Of a stretch of 64,000 nucleotides of DNA, positions 11,234 to 24,131 are shown piece by piece (position 1 is the first letter of the stretch; every line of letters begins with the position of its first letter). The notes beneath the pieces were generated by a model. The model made no database searches and was not told where the DNA came from. It worked only from the letters and a program-made list of their open reading frames with translations. Origin of the DNA: Diplonema japonicum (lineage: Eukaryota > Protista > Euglenozoa: Diplonemea); contig OZ025704.1 of the NCBI GenBank assembly GCA_964019335.1, positions 248,001 to 312,000 of the forward strand. The letters are read 5' to 3'. The position numbers and the translations under genes are program-made.

Positions 11234-12316
11234 ATGGGCGTGGGAACTACGATTTATACGACAAAGGTAAGTTATTTTGTTTCATCCAAAAAGAAAAAAA
11301 AACCACAGCTGGGGATGATCCGGAAGTCAGCTGATGACTGCCGTCGGCTTATACAACTTTTCGATGCTTTGCAAGTAGTCTACGAGGAGGTAAGCGTAGA
11401 CCAGGTATGTACCATCCATCTCATTGCCCCTACCCCTACACACCTACAGGAAATGAGAGAACGGTTAGAGGAGCTGAACAAAGGGTATACAGAACTACCG
11501 CAGGTTTTCGTGGGGGAAGAGTTTGTGGGTGGCTATGACGATATAGAAACGTTAAACGAAGAAGGGGAATTAAGAGGGGCGTTAAGGGACGCGGGTTACA
11601 CAGAAGGAATCGCTGACGGCCAGGTGGACAAGCCAAGAGCGAAGAAGAACGATGACGAGGACTCCGAACCACCACCACCAGAGGGGAGCGATGAGGAGGG
11701 CAGTGAGCCCCCTCCACCAGAAAGTGACGAAGATGGCCCACCTCCTCCTGATAGTGACAGTGACGCGCCTCCACCATCTGATGAAGAGGATGATGCACCC
11801 CCTCCTCCTGATGATGATGATGATGAAGACGCACCTCCTCCTCCTGAAGATGAAGACGATGAACCTCCTCCTCCTGAAGATGATGATGATGATGATGATG
11901 CACCTCCTCCTGAGGATGATGGTGATGATGATGGCAGCCCTCCTCCTGCAGATGATGATGAAAAAGAAGATGATGACAGCCCTCCTCCTCCTGCAGATGA
12001 TGATGATGGTGATGCCCCTCCTCCTGAGGATGATGATGATGGTGATGCCCCTCCTCCTGAGGATGATGATGATGATGGTGCCCCTCCTCCTGCAGATGAT
12101 GATGATGATGATGATGATGGTGCCCCTCCTCCAGCAGATGATGATGATGATGACAGCCCTCCTCCTGCGGATGATGATGATGATGCACCACCGCCTGCAG
12201 ATGATGATGAGGAAGACGGACCGCCTCCCCCTGCAGATGATGATGAAGATGATGCGCCCCCTCCACCAGAAGATGATGATGATGATGATGCACCTCCCCC
12301 TCCTGAAGATGATTGA
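11234..12316 (+). CDS. Glutaredoxin-like (SH3BGR/GRXCR-type) domain plus long Asp/Pro repeat tail; 3 exons
   Basis: join(11234..11266,11309..11404,11450..12316); IYTTK-LGMIRKSADDC...LPQVFVGEEFVGGYDDIETLNEEGEL matches the Grx-like fold; both introns (42, 45 nt) are in frame and stop-free. Confidence 0.75.
   Translation: MGVGTTIYTTKVSYFVSSKKKKKPQLGMIRKSADDCRRLIQLFDALQVVYEEVSVDQVCTIHLIAPTPTHLQEMRERLEELNKGYTELPQVFVGEEFVGGYDDIETLNEEGELRGALRDAGYTEGIADGQVDKPRAKKNDDEDSEPPPPEGSDEEGSEPPPPESDEDGPPPPDSDSDAPPPSDEEDDAPPPPDDDDDEDAPPPPEDEDDEPPPPEDDDDDDDAPPPEDDGDDDGSPPPADDDEKEDDDSPPPPADDDDGDAPPPEDDDDGDAPPPEDDDDDGAPPPADDDDDDDDGAPPPADDDDDDSPPPADDDDDAPPPADDDEEDGPPPPADDDEDDAPPPPEDDDDDDAPPPPEDD
11650..12313 (+). 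repeat. Coding tandem repeat (GAT)n-(CCT)n encoding Dn-A/S-PPP(P) units
   Basis: Roughly 20 degenerate units such as gatgatgatgatgcacctcctcctcctgaa; explains the spurious poly-His and poly-Met ORFs. Confidence 0.9.
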
Positions 12317-12655
12317 TTACAAAGTTATCTCAAAAAAAAAAAGGTGGTGGGTGATTCACTTGGTACCAAAGAAAAAGTAAAGAAATTCACTTTTTACCCA
12401 AGAAAAAAAAAAAAAGAGAAAAAAGGGAACTTGAAGACATTTTAAAGTTGCGCTCATGTTTGGAAGGCCACAGTGTATGCAACCGATTGAGGCAGCCCCC
12501 CCCAAAAAAAGTAATTGTTTTCAGTTATGTTTGGTGGACAGACGTCCCCAACCGGTTTTGGGTGTTTCTCGAGAATCTTTTTGACTTTTTTTTTTTGGTA
12601 CTTAGTTACTAAGTAGTGAGTTCGGAGCATTCTTGGGTATTAAGTGAATTACCTC

Positions 12656-12690
<35 letters not shown>

Positions 12691-12978
12691 TAATCGGAAG
12701 AAAAAGAAAAAAAAAAAAGCAGTTTGTTCTGTTTGAAAAAAAAACCCCCCTAGCCAGTGTAAAGAAATAAGAAAAAAAAAGTTTTTCTTTTTTTTTTTTG
12801 AAAAGGCGGAAAAAAAAATCCGAGCGAGAGGCCTCCCCCCCCCCCCCCCCACCTCCACTTTTCTTTTTTGAAATGTCTCATATCTCTCATTTTACTGGTA
12901 AACAAAGATCTCCTTTCGGTGCCTCGTGATATGGCTGACAATGTTCTTATTATAAGTTGGGTTGCTATTATATGGCGC

Positions 12979-13013
<35 letters not shown>

Positions 13014-13345
13014 CATGGTGAGTAAGCAAAAAAAACCCCTCCTTTCCATTTTTTCCAGAAAGGGAGAAGAAAAAAATACCGATTTTCTGTTTTCTTAGAG
13101 ATGTGGGGGGTTTTTTTTTTTTTATCCATACGTATCAAGGGCCTCTTTTCCAACTACAACAACAACAACATAAAGATGCCAATCCCCCTCCCCCCCCCCC
13201 CCCCCCCCCCTCTTTCTTTTTCGTCCCATATCCCCTCCCTCCCCCCGCCTGGTTATGTACTGTTATATCTCCCGTACCTATAAAAGCCTGGAGGTTACTT
13301 TTCACTCCATAACAAAGCAAGGAGGGGAGGGGAAGAAAAAAAAAA

Positions 13346-14457
13346 ATGGAAACGCAAAATTCAGACCTACCATGGATAGAAAAATACCGACCAAGCACAG
13401 TGGATGAAATCGTATGCCAAGAAAAAAAAAAAAAAAAAAAAAAAAACAGCTTTCCCATACCGAGATAATCTCAACGATTACAAAACTAGCCGATTCGCAC
13501 CAGCTGCCGCATCTGCTGTTGTACGGCCCTGCGGGGACAGGGAAGACGAGTACCGTGATGGCGATGGCGAGGAGGATCTATAAAGAGCAGCTTCGCAGCA
13601 ATGTTCTTGAACTAAACGCTTCAGACGAACGAGGCATCGAAGTTGTGAGGAATCAGATAAAAGACTTCTCCTCAACAAAACAGCTTTTCGGGAAGAGAGA
13701 CAGCTTCAAGCTGGTCATCCTCGACGAAGCCGATCAAATGACACACGAAGCACAAGCCGCACTCCGCCGTGTTATAGAACTGTACACGCAAAACGTTCGT
13801 TTCTGCATCATATGCAATTATGTCGATAAGATAATACCCGCTATTCAGTCACGGTGCACAAGGTTTCGTTTCGGCCCGTTGAACAAAAAAATGGTTGTAG
13901 GTAGGCTACGAGAGATCGCTATCAACGAGAAAACTGCTTTCACAGACGAAGCCCTCTCTGCTGTGTACAAACTGTCAGGTGGTGATATGAGAAAAGGTCT
14001 TAACATTTTACAAGCTTCTGCCATGGCATCGTTATCAGATGAGATTACAGACGAGCATGTGTACAGTGCGACTGGTTCCCCGTCACCCTTGACCATGCGG
14101 ACATTTATTGACCTCACTGTTAACAGTGGGTTGAAGGAAGCGCTTTCTTCGTCGAAAAGTCTTATTACTGAACGCGGTCTTGCGCTTGCAGATGTGGTCA
14201 GGGAGCTGCAGCCGTGGCTCACGAAGATGGACCTCCCGCAATCTGTGAAGTGCTGGGCCATTGAAAAGTTGTCTGACGTGGAGCACCAGCTCGCCTTTTC
14301 TTGCAACGACAAGCTGCAGCTCCATGGGATAGTGTCGATTATGCAGCTTGTGAGGGTTAGTATCACCGAAGACAAGGTATGGTGGTGAGGAAAGGGGAAA
14401 AAAAAAAAAAAAAAATAGCCGATCAAAAGCCTTGTTGTGAAGGACGTTATGGATTAA
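13346..14457 (+). CDS. RFC5: Replication factor C small subunit (human RFC5 / yeast Rfc3 type); 3 exons
   Basis: join(13346..13411,13450..14376,14419..14457); PWIEKYRP, Walker A GPAGTGKT, LELNASDERGI, Walker B ILDEAD, SRC motif. Confidence 0.9.
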
Positions 14458-14673
14458 AAAAAAAAAAAGCAGGCGGGGTAGATTTTAGAGTTTTTTCTCT
14501 CTCTCTTTTTTTTTTTTTATATATTTTTTTTTTATCCCAGTCAGAAAAAGAAAAAAAAAAAGAAAAAAAATTAGAGTTCCTTTCCCCCCCCCTCCTAAAT
14601 GTTATTCAAGAAAAAAAGCAAACCAAAAAAAAAAGGGGGTGGGGAAGAAGAGAAAAAAAAAAGGGGAAAAGAA

Positions 14674-15971
14674 ATGCCGAAGCAAGCGCTGTATTCCGCT
14701 GACAATAAGATGGAAGGCAGCGACGTAGGGGGGGGGAAAACCTGCTACAAAATAAAGGGGAATCTCATGGAGGTCGATTCAAAGTACGAGGTGTTCCACC
14801 CGGTGGGCTACGGGGCCTACGGCGTCGTCTGCGCGGGGCTGAACACGGAAACAGGCTCCAGGGTCGCCATAAAGAAGATACCAAAGGTGTTCATGGACCT
14901 GGTAGACGCAAAGAGAATCTTAAGAGAACTGAAATTACTCCCTTACCTCCGCCACGAGAACGTAATGAAAATCATCGACATCATGAAACCAAAGGAAGGG
15001 AAGGACAGGTTTCACGATATATATGTTGTGTGCGAACTGATGGAAACCGACCTCCACCAGGTCATCCGTTCTAAACAAAAGCTAACCGATGAGCACTATC
15101 AGTATTTCATATATCAGGTTCTCCGTGCTCTGAAATATTTACATAGTTCCGGTGTGATCCACAGAGACCTAAAACCGGGAAATCTCCTAGTCAACGGAAA
15201 TTGTGATGTAAAACTGTGTGATTTCGGTTTGTCAAGAGGCGGCATTGACACCTTAAAACCCGACGGACTTGACTTAACAGACTATGTCGTTACCCGTTGG
15301 TACCGGCCACCCGAACTCCTTCTCATGTGTAGCTACAGCGCTGCCATCGATATGTGGTCTTGCGGTTGCATTCTCGCGGAACTTGTAAACCGAAAGGCGC
15401 TGTTCCCTGGGAAGGATTATATACACCAATTGAACATCATCACTGATGTGACGGGGATGCCGAGTGTGAAGGATTCCGGGTTCATAAAGAGTGACGAGGC
15501 GAAGACATATATGAAGAATATGCCGCGGAAAAAGGCGAAGGCGTGGCAGCAGGTTGTCCCAGGTGCTAGCAAGAACTGCATAGATCTCATTAACCATCTC
15601 ATTGCCTTCAACCCTGAAAGGAGGATCACTGCGGCGTCGGCTTTGAGGGTATGAAGGGGGAGGGGGGATGTAGCATTTATTAAAAGAATAATTTGAAAAA
15701 AAAAAAAAAAAAAAAAAAAATACAGCACCCATATTTGGAGCGATTGTACGACGCTGCTGATGATGTTGATGACATTCCTGACGCGAAAGTATTTTTTTTT
15801 TGGGGGGGGAGGGGGAGGGGAAAAAAAAAAAAGTCTGTCAACTGGAGCTGCGACAACAAGGAACTTGGCCAAAAAGAGTTGAGGAACCTGATTTGGGGCG
15901 AGGTGTGTCACGGGAGGGAAGAGGGGAGGGGAAAAAGAAAATTATATAAGGTGCTCCGATACCATCCCTGA
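14674..15971 (+). CDS. Mitogen-activated protein kinase with TDY activation motif; 4 exons
   Basis: join(14674..15648,15726..15788,15834..15902,15951..15971); GYGAYG, VAIKKI, HRDLKPGN, DFG, TDYVVTRWYRPPE; splicing restores the ALRHPYL C-terminal motif. Confidence 0.93.
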
Positions 15972-16341
15972 GTTACTGTAATGAGAGCAGTTTTTTTTTT
16001 TTTTTTTTTCCCTTTTTCTTTTTTCCTTCTTGTATTCTATCTATTCTGTTTTCTTCTTTCTTTCTTTCTTTCTTTCGGGAGCCCAAAGCGCGGTGCGGCC
16101 GACGCAAAGAAGAAGAAAAAAAAAGGTGGGCGGATCCATTCATAGAAGGAAAGCAACTTACGCTGGCGTAGATCAGAAGTTGTTCGAAAGTTAGAGATTT
16201 TTTTCTTTTTTCTTTTTTTTTTTCTTTTTAGAGGCAACTAAAAGACATTCTTCTTTTTTCTTATTTCTCTCTTTACTTGTGGTAGGTAATTGCTATCACT
16301 TCACCAGGGGGTATTTACATACCCTTCATTATTCTCTCTTT

Positions 16342-16379
<38 letters not shown>

Positions 16380-16864
16380 CTGGAACCCCCAGGGGATGGG
16401 AAAAAAAGTACCAACTTTACCAACTTTTTTTTTTCTCCTTTCCGACCACTAGGCCAGAGCTCTGATAAACAGAGGGGCTCAGGGCGATGGGTAGGTATAA
16501 AAAAAAAAAAAAAATGTAGCACGCGCAGTAGGTGGCTTATTTAAACGAAAATTATTTTCTTTCTATCCCTTGCTATCCCCCCTTTACTCTCTCCTAATGC
16601 GTTACGCCGATTTTATAAAAGAAAAAAAAAAAGACAAAAAAAGAAACACACAGCCACACACAAAAAGAAAAAAAAAGAAACATGTCATCAAAGTTTTTTT
16701 TTTATTTGACCTTACAAGGGTTTTCTTTCTCTTTTTTTTCTCTCTCCCGCAATTTCTTTCTCCCCCCTCCCCCTTTCTCTTTATATTCCACTAAAAAAAA
16801 AAAGGTGGGGTGGAGGCATTTTTGAGGGGTTTATCACATTTAAAAAAAAAAAAAGAAAAAAAAA

Positions 16865-18190
16865 ATGCCGACCAAGCAACAAAAACCACCGCGACAGATA
16901 GGAAACCTGTCTGCGCTGTCCGATAAGGTTTTGATGAAGGCTATGAAATACATGGAGAAAGAGGATATTTTGAAAATGGCAGGGTCGTGCTGGTTCGGCT
17001 ACGAGCTACAGAACAACGAGGAATTGTGGAAACAAAGGTGTTTGTGTGAAAAGAAAGGCTTGGTTAAGAACAAAGTGGCACAATTCACCTTCAAAGTAAA
17101 CTGGAAGTACACTTACTGCAGGCCGCAAGAGAACACCCCACCCCCTCCAACCCCAATCCAAAACCACGAAATCTCAACACCCCACTACAGATTTAGAAAA
17201 CCCGAGAAGACGAAATGGTACAGATCCGGCATCGACGTACGGGCAATCCCGTTAAAAGGTCTTCGCGTGCCGGAAGTGTCAGCGAACGACATCACCAAAG
17301 AAGAATTTTTCAAGGAATTCGACAGCCAGAATAAACCTGTTGTCATTACAAATGCTGTTGAAGCATGGGGGTGGAACGAATGGACTAAAGACGGCCTTTT
17401 AACCCGTCATAAAAACACCGTTTTCAAGACAAACGGGGTTACAACCGCCGGGAAAACGCTGAGGATGACATTCAAACAATACACCGAGTACTGCAAGTAC
17501 GCGTGGGGCCGCGGAGAAAAACCCATGTACATCTTCGACAACAAATTTGAAGAACGAGCGAAAGACCTCACCAACGACTATAGCATCCCACCTTACTTCC
17601 AAACAGATCTATTTGACTCTATGACGCAAAAGGACCGCCCAGACTATAAATGGCTCCTTATTGGACCTGAAGGTTCCGGAGCACCTTTCCACACAGATCC
17701 CCATCAAACTCATGCTTGGAATGTTGTGACCGAAGGCGAAAAACGAATTGCGTTCTACCCCCCAAGAGTCATACCCCCTGGTGTCGATAAAAAGCTTATC
17801 CACACTGAGTACTACGCTGCCTCTGATACCATGGATTGGTACCTTAATCATTATCCTAAGTTGAAACGGGCTGATTTGCCGCTTGAGACTATTATAAAAG
17901 CTGGGGATATGGTGTTTATCCCGTCTGGGTGGTGGCATCAGGTGGTCAATGTGGCTCCTTTTACAGTGGCGGTCACGCAGAATGTTTGTACGCCCGGGAA
18001 TTTTCCCAGAGTTTGGAGGGATTTGCAGAAATGGGGGCCGAAATCCCTCGCGCGGCAGTTCAAGAGAGATTGTATGAAGAAGTATAAGAATCTTTTTGCG
18101 GAGTGGGAGGAACCGGAAGACATGAGCTCGGAGGACAATGAGTCTTCTTCTTCTTCGTCGTCGTCGTCGTGCTCGTCTTCTTCTTCGTGA
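16865..18190 (+). CDS. F-box-like plus JmjC domain protein (JMJD6/JMJD4-like)
   Basis: LSALSDKVL...NEELWK N-terminus; KPVVITN, YIFD, RPDYKWLLIGPEGSGAPFHTDP (HxD), FIPSGWWHQV, VAVTQN. Confidence 0.88.
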   Translation: MPTKQQKPPRQIGNLSALSDKVLMKAMKYMEKEDILKMAGSCWFGYELQNNEELWKQRCLCEKKGLVKNKVAQFTFKVNWKYTYCRPQENTPPPPTPIQNHEISTPHYRFRKPEKTKWYRSGIDVRAIPLKGLRVPEVSANDITKEEFFKEFDSQNKPVVITNAVEAWGWNEWTKDGLLTRHKNTVFKTNGVTTAGKTLRMTFKQYTEYCKYAWGRGEKPMYIFDNKFEERAKDLTNDYSIPPYFQTDLFDSMTQKDRPDYKWLLIGPEGSGAPFHTDPHQTHAWNVVTEGEKRIAFYPPRVIPPGVDKKLIHTEYYAASDTMDWYLNHYPKLKRADLPLETIIKAGDMVFIPSGWWHQVVNVAPFTVAVTQNVCTPGNFPRVWRDLQKWGPKSLARQFKRDCMKKYKNLFAEWEEPEDMSSEDNESSSSSSSSSCSSSSS

Positions 18191-18223
<33 letters not shown>

Positions 18224-18485
18224 CTCTTTTTTCTTCTTTTTTTTTTTTTTGATTTCGAAGCAAAAAAAGAAAGGAAAAAAAATGGATGTAAAGTCCATTT
18301 CTTTTTTTTTTTTTTACATTTTTCTCATTCGCGAAAAAAAAAAAGAAGAAAAAAAAAAGTAGCACCCTTGTTTAACCCCTTCCCCCCCCCCTTTTTTTTA
18401 TCTTGAAAGAAAAATCATACTTTGTGTGTTTTCTTTTTTTTAATATTTTTTTTTTATAAAATCTTTAGACTTTTTTATCTCTTCC

Positions 18486-18515
<30 letters not shown>

Positions 18516-18516
<1 letters not shown>

Positions 18517-19514
18517 TGCTTCATATAATAACTGCGGCGGCCCTCGGGTCCTGCATGTGCTCGGACATGACACTGTGCAACCCGCTGCAATTCAAGGCAG
18601 CGAAGGAAGTGGTGGCGTTCGCACCGCACGAGGGCGCGTGGAAGGAGTACAACATGAGCGTGCTGACAACGATTGTGAAGTTCGGGGAGGTAGACCCCTC
18701 TCTGGTGTGCGAAGCGCATAAGGCAGGGGTGAAGGTGGTGGTGTCCATGGGCTTTGACAAGTCACAACTGGGGAATGAAACTGCGATGGACGGCTTCGTC
18801 ACACACGTAAGCTCTTTGATATCAGAAGAGGGCTACGACGGCTTCAACTTTGATATCGAAGCCAACAACGCCAACGCTGCAGGGTTAACCCGTTTAGTTT
18901 CAAAAACTGCATCCGCACTGAGATCTGCAAACCCCTATGCGCAAATCACATTTGACACCTCTATATGGATGGCAGGCAACAACACAGGATATGACTACGC
19001 GGGACTAAATGAAATTCTTGATTTTTTCATCCCGATGGCGTACGACATGTGCGGTGGGGACACAGCCCGACAGAACTCCCCCATTGATGGCATTAAGACT
19101 GGCCTTCAGAGGTACCAATCGATGGGCCTCTTGGACAAGGTTGTCCTAGGAGTCCCTTGGTACGGGTACCAGTTTGTGTGTGACAAGCCTTCCCCCTCAG
19201 GAGGCTGCCCTTACACCCGCCCTTCAAACATGGGTTCCTGGCAGAAATGCTTTGATTCTATTCTGCCCACGATCCCTAAAGCCACTGTTCCCCCCGCGTA
19301 CACCCCTGAACAGGATGCTGTTTTCTTTACATACGAAGCTGGCAGCACCATTTACCAGGTGTATTATGATAACGCTACGACTTTGAGCAACAAATACGAT
19401 TTGATATCCTCGATGGGGCTCAAGGGGACTGCATTTTGGTACGGAGGATGTGCTGCTATGGGTACGCCGCAGGGTGCAGCTATGTGGCATGCGCTTGAGG
19501 GGATCAAGGCATGA
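18516..19514 (+). CDS. Secreted/lysosomal GH18 glycoside hydrolase, di-N-acetylchitobiase-like
   Basis: Signal peptide; LVCEAHKAGVKVV, catalytic DGFNFDIE, MAYD, VLGVPWYG, YYDN motifs. Confidence 0.88.
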
Positions 19515-19942
19515 TTTTTTTTGGTGATTAAGAAAAAAAAGAAACCCCCAACCGACCAACGTTTCTTGTCGGTGTGTTAAGCTGTTCTTGTCTCCGCTGC
19601 CTTTTTGTGGTCGCCAACACTGGCCTCCTTCATCTCTTTACTCGCTGTTGTTAGCTCAGTGCCCCACCGTAGGGATGGTTTCCGCTTATCAGAAGAAAAA
19701 AAGAAAAAAAAAAAGAAATCGTGTGTTTCCCCTCCCCCTTTTTTTTTCTTTTTTTTTTTTTTAACGTAGCCATTTCGGTTTTTAAAACAAACCCGAATTT
19801 CTTATATTAAGTTTCCCCCTGTGGGTGCCAAGAAACAAACAAACAAAAAAGAAACAGTGTTTATATTTTTATTCCCCCCCCCTTTTAACATAAACAACAT
19901 CAATACCTAACAAAAAAAAAAGAAGAAGAAAGGGGGGGAAAG

Positions 19943-22900
19943 ATGCCCTCGGAACGACGGGTGAAGCCGTACAGCGCCGAATGCAGGGAGGCGTACATGG
20001 CGAACAGGGTGGTGAACTCGAAGTACACGATGCTGTCGTTCATCCCGAAGAACATTTATGAGCAGTTCGGGAGGCCGTTGAACATGTACTTCCTGTTGAT
20101 CGCAGGGCTGCAGCTGATAAAAGCAATCGCACCGGTAAACCCTCTATCTACAATTGTTCCCCTTGTCTTCGCGTTTGCACTGACCGCCATCAAGGAGGGC
20201 TTCGATGACCGAGAGCGCCACAGGGAGGACAGCAAGTTCAACAACAGAAAATACGAGGTTTTCGTGAACGGCTCGCTGAAGCAAATCGCTAGCGAAGACA
20301 TACACGTAGGCGATGTTGTCAAGGTCAACAAAGGCAACGAAATACCATGTGATCTCTTCCTGCTGCAAAGCAGCGACGAAGACGGCCTAGCGTACATCAG
20401 AACCGACAATCTCGACGGTGAAATCGACTTAAAACCCCGCAACTGCGTCGAAAACCTAACCATCCCCTCCATAACAGATTTCAATGGGATCTTAGTCTAC
20501 GGTGAGCCTGACAACAACCTTTACTCCTTTAACTCACGCTTGGAGCACGACAAGGATTACACGGTGTCCGGTGCGCAGTTGCTTCTTCAATCGTGTTTTC
20601 TTCAGAACACCGAATGGGTGTACGGCCTCGCTGTGTATACCGGAAGCGACACAAAATGCGGGCAGAACAAACAAGATCCCCCGTTGAAATGGGCCGGCGT
20701 CGATCGCCTTGTCTCGCATTTCGCAAGTTACGTGTTCATATTCCAATTGTCCGTCGCGCTCTTCATGGGGATAATAGGAAATGTGTATCGTGAGACGAAA
20801 TCGAGGGATGCGTGGTATTTGTCATTCAAGGCTGCGGAGGCGTACGAGTACCTGGTCATACCCATGCGGTTCTTCCTGCTGACGTCGGTGATGATTCCCA
20901 TCTCGTTCAAAGTGATAATCGACGTCTCGAAGTACTACATCAGCCTTGTGATCGGATGGGACATCTCTATGTACGACGCTGACATCGATGCTCCCGCTGG
21001 GTCCCCCGCCAAGGCCAACAGCACTTCCCTTGCGGAGGACCTCGGGCAGATAGAATGTATTTTAACGGATAAAACAGGCACGCTGACCGACAACATCATG
21101 GAGTTCAAAGCCTGTTCGTTGTCTGGTGAGATCTGCGGTGGTGGTATCGCACCTGGGAAGTCTTTCGACCCGTCAGTGTCGCCCTTTGACGGCCTCGGTT
21201 TTGCAGAGAGAACCGACGCTCCGTACCGGCTCTTCGCAAAGACCCTCGCGTTATGCCACACCGTGAACATTGAAGACGGCAACCTCGCTGCAGCCTCACC
21301 TGACGAGGAAGCTCTTGTTAAAGCCGCTTCGAGAATGAGGGTTCGGTTCATAGCAAGAACGAAGCACACCATCACGATAGACAATGACGGCGTGACAGAG
21401 GTGTACAAGATCCTCCATGTGTTTGAATTCGATTCCGACCGTAAAATGATGTCCATGCTGCTTCAGAACAATGAGACAGGCGAGACGATGCTGTTGAGCA
21501 AAGGCGCGGACGACAAGCTCATAGCGAAGATGGACGAGACGCAGCTAACGGCTCCCATGGAGAAGCACCTCTGCATGTTCGCCTCGGCGGGGCTCCGCAC
21601 GCTAGTCTTGGGACACCGCACCGTGTCGCAGTCTGAATACAACGCATGGCGTGAGATCATCGAATCCGCCTTAAAGCACACAGGCGATACACGCGACGTA
21701 GAAGTCGCCAAGGCGTACACGATACTGGAAAGCAAGCTCACCTTAGTGGGAGCCACCGCTATAGAAGACAAGCTGCAAGATGGTGTGCCAGAAACGATAG
21801 TGAAGCTCCGTGAAGCAGGGATAAGCTTCTGGATGCTCACGGGCGACAAATTCGAAACCGCGAAGCAGATCTCCAGGTCCTGTGGCCTGTGGACTGCAAA
21901 CGAGTCGCTCCTGACAATCTCTTACGAAACTGACGTGCAGATGGACAACGACCTCCGGCGGTTGCTCGACATCTGCGAGAGGAACCACTCTTCCCTCGCC
22001 GAGACCTTGAACGAACAATACGGTACTTTTCACAATTCCTCATTATCAAACAAAGACGATGAGCTGCAAGCCGCCTCCAGCGCCGTTGGAGAAAGCAAGG
22101 TACTGAACAGAAAGAAAAAACGCACCAAATACAAAACCCAGCAGCTCGAAATAGCGGCCAGCGAAGGCCCCACCGACGGCCACGTTCTCATCGTGGAGGG
22201 CAAGACCATAAAACACCTTCTTGAAAAGCACATCACTCTGTTCAAGGAACTGTGCATGAAAATGAATAGTGTAATATGCTGCAGGGTAACGCCTAGTCAA
22301 AAAGCAGGGCTGACCCGCATGGCGAAAACGGACATCGAATTTGTTGAAGATGCGGGTTGTTTCACCAACCCTCTGCGAAGGGGTAAAACCGACAGGAAGG
22401 TTCTGTCTGTAGGAGACGGCGGCAACGATGTAGCGATGATACAGGAAGCCACGGTGGGGGTAGGAATTGTGGGTAAGGAGGGCAGGCAAGCCAGCAGAGC
22501 TGCAGATTACAGCATAGCGAGGTTCCGGTTTCTCCAACCGTTGCTGTTGGTCCACGGGCAGTACAGCTACCAACGCTCATGCTATATTGTACAATACTGT
22601 TTTTACAAATCGATGCTGCTTGCGATCATTCAGATTATCTTTAATTTCTTCGCGTTGTTCTCTGGTGTGTCGTACTGGAACTCGCTCCTCCTCACCACGT
22701 GGAACAGTGTCTTTGCAGTCCCAGTTCCCTTCTACGTCCTGGACAAAATCCTCCCGAAAGACAAGCTTCTTGCAAACCCCGATTTGTACAAAGAATCGCT
22801 GAAAGGGAAATCTCTCACGATGAACACGTTTGGGTGGTTCGTGGGAAGAGGCGCCATTCAAGGTATCATGTGCCTGTTGTTCACCTTCATTGTCTTTAAC

Positions 22901-23378
22901 GACAGTGTTAGCAATAACGCACAACCCATGGATTTCCAGTCGTGTTTCACAGTCACCTACACTATCCTTGTTATGGTCCAGGTGTGGACCGTCATCTTGG
23001 AATCTAACAGCATGACGGTGGTCAATTTAGTTGGGATATTTTCTATGCCGCCTTTCTACCTTGCGTTCATTGCTGCTTATGCGGCTATACCTGTTCTGTC
23101 GTACTATGGGGTGGCGACGAGGCTCTTTTCGGATCCGGCGGTTTGGCTTGCTGTGATTCTGCTCACAGCCGCGCTGTTTGTTCCTTCCTATTCGTACGCG
23201 GTGTATCAAGAGAACTTTCGCCCGACCCCTTTTCAGGTTATTAGGAGAAGGGCACACCCTGTTGACCCCATTTTGGTATGGTTTTGGAAAAAAAAAAAAA
23301 AAAAAAAAGTCCGGCCCTTCTGAGGACTTCGCGAATCTTGAGACATCGACTACAAGCCCGCTTGCAAGGCATGAATAA
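19943..23378 (+). CDS. P4-type ATPase (phospholipid flippase); 2 exons
   Basis: join(19943..23275,23310..23378); NLDGE, IPISF, DKTGTLT, SPDE, KGAD, WMLTGD, GDGGND, EGRQA. Confidence 0.95.
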
Positions 23379-24099
23379 ACAGGGTTTGGTGTGGGGGGGG
23401 GGGGGGGGAGAAAGAAAGAGTTTAATGAGGAGGGTGGGGGGGGGGGGGGAGGGGAATGGGGGATGAGGAAGAAAAAAAAAGAAAAAAAAGTGTTCCTGTT
23501 CTTGATGTTTCTAACCTCTTTTTTTTTTAAAGGTGGGGCTCGTTGCTAACCACTTCGTTTCCACCTGTCATTGTTGAATTTTCTTTTATTCCACACCCCC
23601 CCCCTCATTTATTATTGTTTTCCTCATTATTTCTTTGGTATTGACTTGATTTTGTATTTAAAAAAAGATTAAAAAAATTTAAAAAAAAATATTATTTGGC
23701 CTTGTGTATCTTTTTTTCCTTTTGTAATTTACAACCGTATTTGTACTTAATATCGAACGGGAAAAGGACCAATCAGATTCTTTTTTTTTCGCAAAGCCCT
23801 CGGCTGACCCAAGGGTTCAAAAAGGGTCTTGTCTCTTCCCAGTTCTCTTTCTTTTGCTATGGCATTTCAAAAAAAGGGCCTTCGGGTGGGGTCCAAAAAG
23901 TGGCATATCTGATACCTTACCTAAGCCCAAAAACCCCACAGTGAAGGGCCATTAATTCACCGTGATTTAATGGGGGGGGGGGGGGGGGGGGTCAGCGTGA
24001 AGTTATTATTCAGAAGAGTGAAATGAAAAAAATAAAAACCCGTAGTTGTCCGTTCTAAATATTTTTTCGTTCCATATAGGTACAAACACAGTGAGGATT

Positions 24100-24131
<32 letters not shown>

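Noticed and set aside
11436-12380. Poly-His (- strand) and poly-Met (+ strand) ORFs
   Set aside because: Alternative-frame shadows of the GAT/CCT coding repeat.
15960-15981. Stop-codon readthrough or recoding at the MAPK C-terminus (HP-TGA)
   Set aside because: Removing one C from the ccc run gives HPELL*; either a real stop or a homopolymer error, with no evidence for recoding.
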